Program-made: the position numbers and the translations under genes
The notes under the pieces: model-generated
Database searches by the model: none
What the model saw: the letters and a program-made list of their open reading frames with translations, nothing else
What the model was told of the DNA's origin: nothing
Shown: positions 59,580-64,000 of the stretch, piece by piece
How the letters are laid out: the number at the start of each line of letters is the position of its first letter
Numbering within the stretch: the first letter of the stretch is position 1
Assembly (NCBI GenBank): GCA_010356995.1
Contig: ML996688.1
Span: 806,001-870,000 of the forward strand
Length of the DNA stretch: 64,000 bases
Direction: 5' to 3'
Source of the DNA: Trichodelitschia bisporula
Lineage: Eukaryota

Positions 59580-61520
59580 ATGGACCAAGTGTTAGCACGC
59601 CTAGATGGCGCCCCTTTGATTGCCAGTCTGTTTGTTTTAGCAATTGGCGCTGGCTTTCTTTTCAACTATATCTTCAATGATGCCGAAGCTATTGACTATC
59701 ACGTCCCTGAGCCGGAGGCGTCGCGGCCAGGTTGGAACGGAAAGATACTCCAGGAACCCTCACTGAAGGTAGACTCTTCCTTTCGCACTCGTCTTCTCGC
59801 CCTCATTGACCGTCTGTCAAGGTTCCTGGCTCCTCTGCTATCCAGTGCTATGCTCCAGCGACAGGCCGGTCCCTCGGTGTCGTTGAACCAGCAACCCCCG
59901 ACGACGTCGATCGCGCAATTGCATCCGCACACAAGGCGCAGCAGCAGTGGGCTAAAACTACATTTGCGCAGAGACGAACGGTTCTCAAGGCCATGCTTAA
60001 GTATACGCTAGAGAACCAAGAGCAAATTGCTCGCATTGCCTGTTTGGATTCAGGCAAAACAAGAGTTGACGCAAGCTTTGGCGAGATTTTGGTCACCGCG
60101 GAGAAGCTCAAATGGACGATTGACCACGGTGAAAAGGCCTTGCGGCCGCAGAGACGGCCGACAAACCTTCTCATGATGTACAAACGCAACGAAGTGAGAT
60201 GGGAACCCCTCGGTGTCATCGCGGCGTGCGTCAGCTGGAAGTAAGTCCCTCTCTGCCCAAAGAACAAAAGATTGTATGAAATTCTAACGTCTGCTACAGC
60301 TATCCGGTATGATCCCTTTACTCTGCATGGCCTGTCTCTAAGTGATGTAGTTCCACAACCTCATAGGACCTATCATATCTGGCATATTCGCAGGAAACGG
60401 CGTCATCGTGAAGGGATCCGAGCAAACCGCCTGGTCTTCTTGGTACTTCGCTTCGATCGCCAAGGGCGCACTTCGAGCTTGCGGTCACGACCCTAATCTC
60501 GTTCAGCCGATTATCTGCTGGCCAGACGTAGCGCCTCACCTAATCTCCCACCCTGGAATTTCCCACATCACCTTCATTGGCTCCCGTCCCGTTGCCCTCC
60601 ATGTTGCGGCCTCCGCCTCCAAGACCCTCACTCCAGTGTGTATGGAACTCGGCGGCAAGGACCCCGCCATCCTACTAGATGATGCAAGCGACTTGGACCG
60701 CGTAGTCGCCACCCTCGCCCGCGGTGTATTCCAGTCCTCGGGGCAAAACTGCATCGGCATCGAACGCATCATATGCCTTCCGCGCATCTACGAGGAAGTC
60801 ATTCCACGCCTCCTCACCATCATAAAGGGCATTCGCCTTGGCTCCGCGCTCGACATGAAGCCCGGCTCACCATCCGTTGACATGGGTGCTTGCATCTCCG
60901 ACGCCAATTTCTCGCGCATCGAGGACCTTATCGTCGATGCCGTGCAGTCTGGCGCGCGCCTCCTCGCTGGCGGTAGACGTTACAATCATTCCGACTTCCC
61001 AAACGGCCACTACTTCAGCCCTACCCTGCTCGTCGACGTCACGCCTGACATGCGGATCGCGCAGGAGGAGCTCTTCGCGCCCGTGTGCCTCGTGATGCGC
61101 GCCGAAAGCGTTGACGACGCCATCTCTATCGCCAACGGGACGGAGTACGCTCTCGGCGCCAGCGTGTGGGGCTCCAGCCGGCGGGATTTAGATAAAGTGA
61201 CGCGGGAGGTCAAGGCGGGGATGGTGGCGGTGAACGACTTTGGCGCCTTTTACGCCGTGCAGCTGCCGTTTGGAGGCGTCAAGGGTAGTGGATATGGGCG
61301 CTTTGCTGGTGAGGAGGGTCTACGGAGTATTTGTAACACTAAGGCGGTCTGTGTGGATCGCTGGCCTTGGTTGATCAAGACGGCTATTCCGCCGCAGTTG
61401 CAGTTGCCGCTGAAGAGCGAGCCCCAAGCGTGGGATATGTGCCAGGGAATCGTCGAACTGGGATATGGGGAGACACTGAAGAGGAAAGTGAGGGGTTTGG
61501 TGAGGATGGCGGGCATGTAA
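59580..61520 (+). CDS. MSC7: Membrane-anchored aldehyde dehydrogenase, Msc7-like
   Basis: N-terminal TM helix, WNYPFHN (split over a 7-nt exon at 60300-60306), KGSE, FIGS, ELGGKD, catalytic GQNC, EELFAP, PFGGVKGSGYGR. Confidence 0.88.
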
Positions 61521-61578
61521 AAGCTTGTGAGATGATATCCCATAATAATCATACTGATGCTCGCTTGCTCGGCCTCCC

Positions 61579-63219
61579 TTACTCCTCAACGCTGAACACC
61601 TTCCGCCCCTCGAACCACGTCTCCCTAACCACCCCCTTAATCAACCCCTCCCCTTTCCACTCAACATCCGCCACTACAAAATCCGCACTCAACCCTTCCT
61701 TTAGACTCCCGCAAGTCCCCTCCGCGAAGCAAGCCAACGCCGCCCCCTGAGTCGCCGCAGCAACCGCATCAGCCAACTCAAGCGCAAACTCCGGATTCAC
61801 CGGCTCCAACTCCTCCCCGCCCGCTCTGGTACTCCTCCTCGTAACAGCAGTATACAAGTTTCCCCATGCCCCCAATGGCGCAGTCGGCGCATCCGTCCCC
61901 AGCGCCACCACTGCCCCTCCATCCTTGAACTCACGATAAGCAAACGCCCTTTTCGTCCTTTCCTCTCCGAGCAGTCTCGGCCAAGCGCGGAGAATCGCTG
62001 GATCAGCATGCACCGCCTGCACGCTCGCCGTGATCCCCAGCTGCCCAAGCCGCCGCGCGTCCTCGGGCGATGCCAGCTCGAGGTGCTCGACGCGGTGCCG
62101 CCTCCCGGGCGTGCAGGTCGCCAGCGCATCGATGGACATGTGGATCGCCGCATCGCCAATCGCATGCAGCGCAACCTGCAGGCCCGCAGCATCGGCAGCC
62201 GCGACGACGGGTCCGAGCATCTCGGCGGTCCAGAGAGGCGGGCAGTGCGTGACCGGGTCGGCGTAGGGCTTGGACAGTGCGGCGGTGCACGCGTCGATCA
62301 CGCCGTCGGTAATGATTTTGATTCCCGCGATGCGCAGATTCGGACTGGTTTGCTGACTGTATAGCTCGTTCAGCGCGACGGCCACGCGGACCTGGGCTAG
62401 TCCGTCGTCGGGGGTGGACGGCGTGATGAGCCAGTGCGCGGCGATGCGTACGGGGAGTTTCTGGCGAGAGCGTAGTAAGAGGAGTGCATCCCACGCTGCC
62501 TGGTCCATGGCCATGTCCACAAGCCCGGTGTACCCGGCGGCGGAGTACTCGTCGATAGCCGTGGACAGCGCAGCGAGCTTGTCTTCTTCCGAGGCGACAG
62601 ACGCCAGGTGCGGCCAGACGAGCGTGAGAACGCTGGCCTCGGCGATCAAGCCCGTAGGGTTGCCTGCCTCATCGCGCTCGATGAACCCGCCTGGTTGCGA
62701 AGGTAGCTCGGCGACACGCATCTCCTCCAGCGCGGAGGTGGAGCACCACGTGCTGTGCAGGTCTTTAGCGTCGATGAAGATGGGGCGCGGATCCAGATCG
62801 TCGATCATCGATGCTAGGGCTTTGCCATCCGTCATGCTGTGCATCCAGCCGCGGCAGAGGATGCGGGGCAGGTGCGGGTGGGCGGCGGCGTAGGCGGTGA
62901 TGCTGGACCGGATGGAGGGCAGGTCTGTGCAGGTGCTCAGGTCGAGCTTGGTGAGTGAGAGGCCGAGGAGGAGGAGGTGCATGTGGCTGTCTATAAAGCC
63001 GGGGAGGATGATTTTGTTGTCCAGTGAGAGGGTTTGGAAGCCGTTTTCACGGGCGGAGGTGACGACAGCACCGGTGCTGGGCCCGATGTGGGTGATCAGG
63101 CGGTTTTGGATGATCATGCATTCTTGGAAGGCATTTTGGTCCACCTTAATGGGATCTTGGGGTGCGAAGAAGCGGCCATTTTGCAGGATAAGGCCCGGTT
63201 CAGGGGATGATGTCGCCAT
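61579..63219 (-). CDS. Amidohydrolase 3 family (YtcJ-like) metal-dependent hydrolase
   Basis: Intronless ORF with metal-binding motifs PGFIDSHMH, IKIITDG, HAIGD, HRVEHLE, GTDAP and ADFVV. Probable ATG at 63219. Confidence 0.92.
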   Translation of the reverse strand: MATSSPEPGLILQNGRFFAPQDPIKVDQNAFQECMIIQNRLITHIGPSTGAVVTSARENGFQTLSLDNKIILPGFIDSHMHLLLLGLSLTKLDLSTCTDLPSIRSSITAYAAAHPHLPRILCRGWMHSMTDGKALASMIDDLDPRPIFIDAKDLHSTWCSTSALEEMRVAELPSQPGGFIERDEAGNPTGLIAEASVLTLVWPHLASVASEEDKLAALSTAIDEYSAAGYTGLVDMAMDQAAWDALLLLRSRQKLPVRIAAHWLITPSTPDDGLAQVRVAVALNELYSQQTSPNLRIAGIKIITDGVIDACTAALSKPYADPVTHCPPLWTAEMLGPVVAAADAAGLQVALHAIGDAAIHMSIDALATCTPGRRHRVEHLELASPEDARRLGQLGITASVQAVHADPAILRAWPRLLGEERTKRAFAYREFKDGGAVVALGTDAPTAPLGAWGNLYTAVTRRSTRAGGEELEPVNPEFALELADAVAAATQGAALACFAEGTCGSLKEGLSADFVVADVEWKGEGLIKGVVRETWFEGRKVFSVEE

Positions 63220-63578
63220 GATGGTGGTGGGAAGGCCTGTTCGAAGCGCGATGTTGAGATAAGGCTGCGAAGCTTCGGCCGCCAGATCGTCAACTCGCAT
63301 AACATCCCTGTTCACGTGTATTGATCTTATTGATCGCTTAGGGAGGCAAAGCAAAATTCAGCAGATCCGCTTTTATGGGCTTTCTATGCATACCAAATGG
63401 TCAAGCCAAAGTTCTTTCGGGACTATGCAAAAGGGACTATTGCAAAACCATAGGTTCATGATGATACGGAGCTAGACTAGGGTACCCGAGTAGACGCCCA
63501 TGGCATTGCTTCGCGCCTCTGGCAGATAGAAGTATCAGAAATGAAATTCTCGAAACTCGTAAACACATGCCTAGTTAC

Positions 63579-64000
63579 TCAGAGGATAAGCTCCGCCTCA
63601 CGAGTGTGTCGAGCGTATTCGACTACATCATGAGCGTACAGATAATCCTGAAGGAGCTTCGCTGGAATTCGAGCCGAGTCAGTGAGCGATAAGGGCAAGC
63701 ATAAAGTATTAAAAACGGTGCGAGGAGCGAGGCAAAGAGATGAGATTGAAGACGCAAAACTCACCATCCAGCGTTGTCTTCCCGATTAACTGCGTCCTGG
63801 ACAATTCTTCCACCACCGAGGCCCTCCCATACCGAACCTGGTGCCACAGTTTAAGCAGTGCCGGAACCTGATCCGCCGCTGTACCACGCCTAAACAGTGG
63901 TCCTAGGGCACCAGCATCTTCAATTGCCTGGGAACCACCCTGTGCTCGATCTATAGCCATCAGTTACTTAGCTGGCAAAAGGCCGGCGGACCTACGGGGT
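63579..64000 (-). CDS. FAD-dependent monooxygenase (salicylate hydroxylase-like), 3' end only
   Basis: AQGGSQAIEDAGAL (tail of the GD FAD motif), QVRYGRAS and final exon YLYAHDV. The gene continues beyond the window. Confidence 0.8.

Noticed and set aside
1..64000. tRNA, rRNA, CRISPR arrays, intact transposons and TGA-CTA readthrough signals
   Set aside because: None was recognised by eye. No annotated stop codon has the TGA-CTA context.

Overview
Eukaryotic, intron-containing genomic DNA from a filamentous ascomycete (Pezizomycotina; short GT-AG introns with CTRAC branch points; the class cannot be fixed from sequence alone). About 22 intact or edge-truncated protein genes are supported: SNF2/ATRX-like ATPase, SGF11, CLA4, alpha-actinin, MPC2, MetR/CYS-3-like bZIP, membrane-anchored GH16, RPA49, promethin-like protein, TRP/FLC channel, TRI12-type MFS, IMPDH, RTA1, atypical SDR, S28 peptidase, peroxiredoxin, DUF1348, roadblock, MSC7-like ALDH, amidohydrolase-3 and a FAD monooxygenase. 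A snR54-type C/D snoRNA sits in IMPDH intron 2, and there are at least four decayed genes (RecQ-like relic, processive GT2, DJ-1/PfpI, F-box). The best candidate for an undescribed system is a tandem GH16 + processive GT2 pair resembling a glucan synthase/hydrolase module, whose synthase is pseudogenised here. Other notable signals are a long bZIP intron with CYS3-like sites, a cryptic PTS1 behind the DUF1348 stop, a 7-nt micro-exon and several folded introns. Exon boundaries were read by eye and family assignments come from recognised motifs, not database searches.
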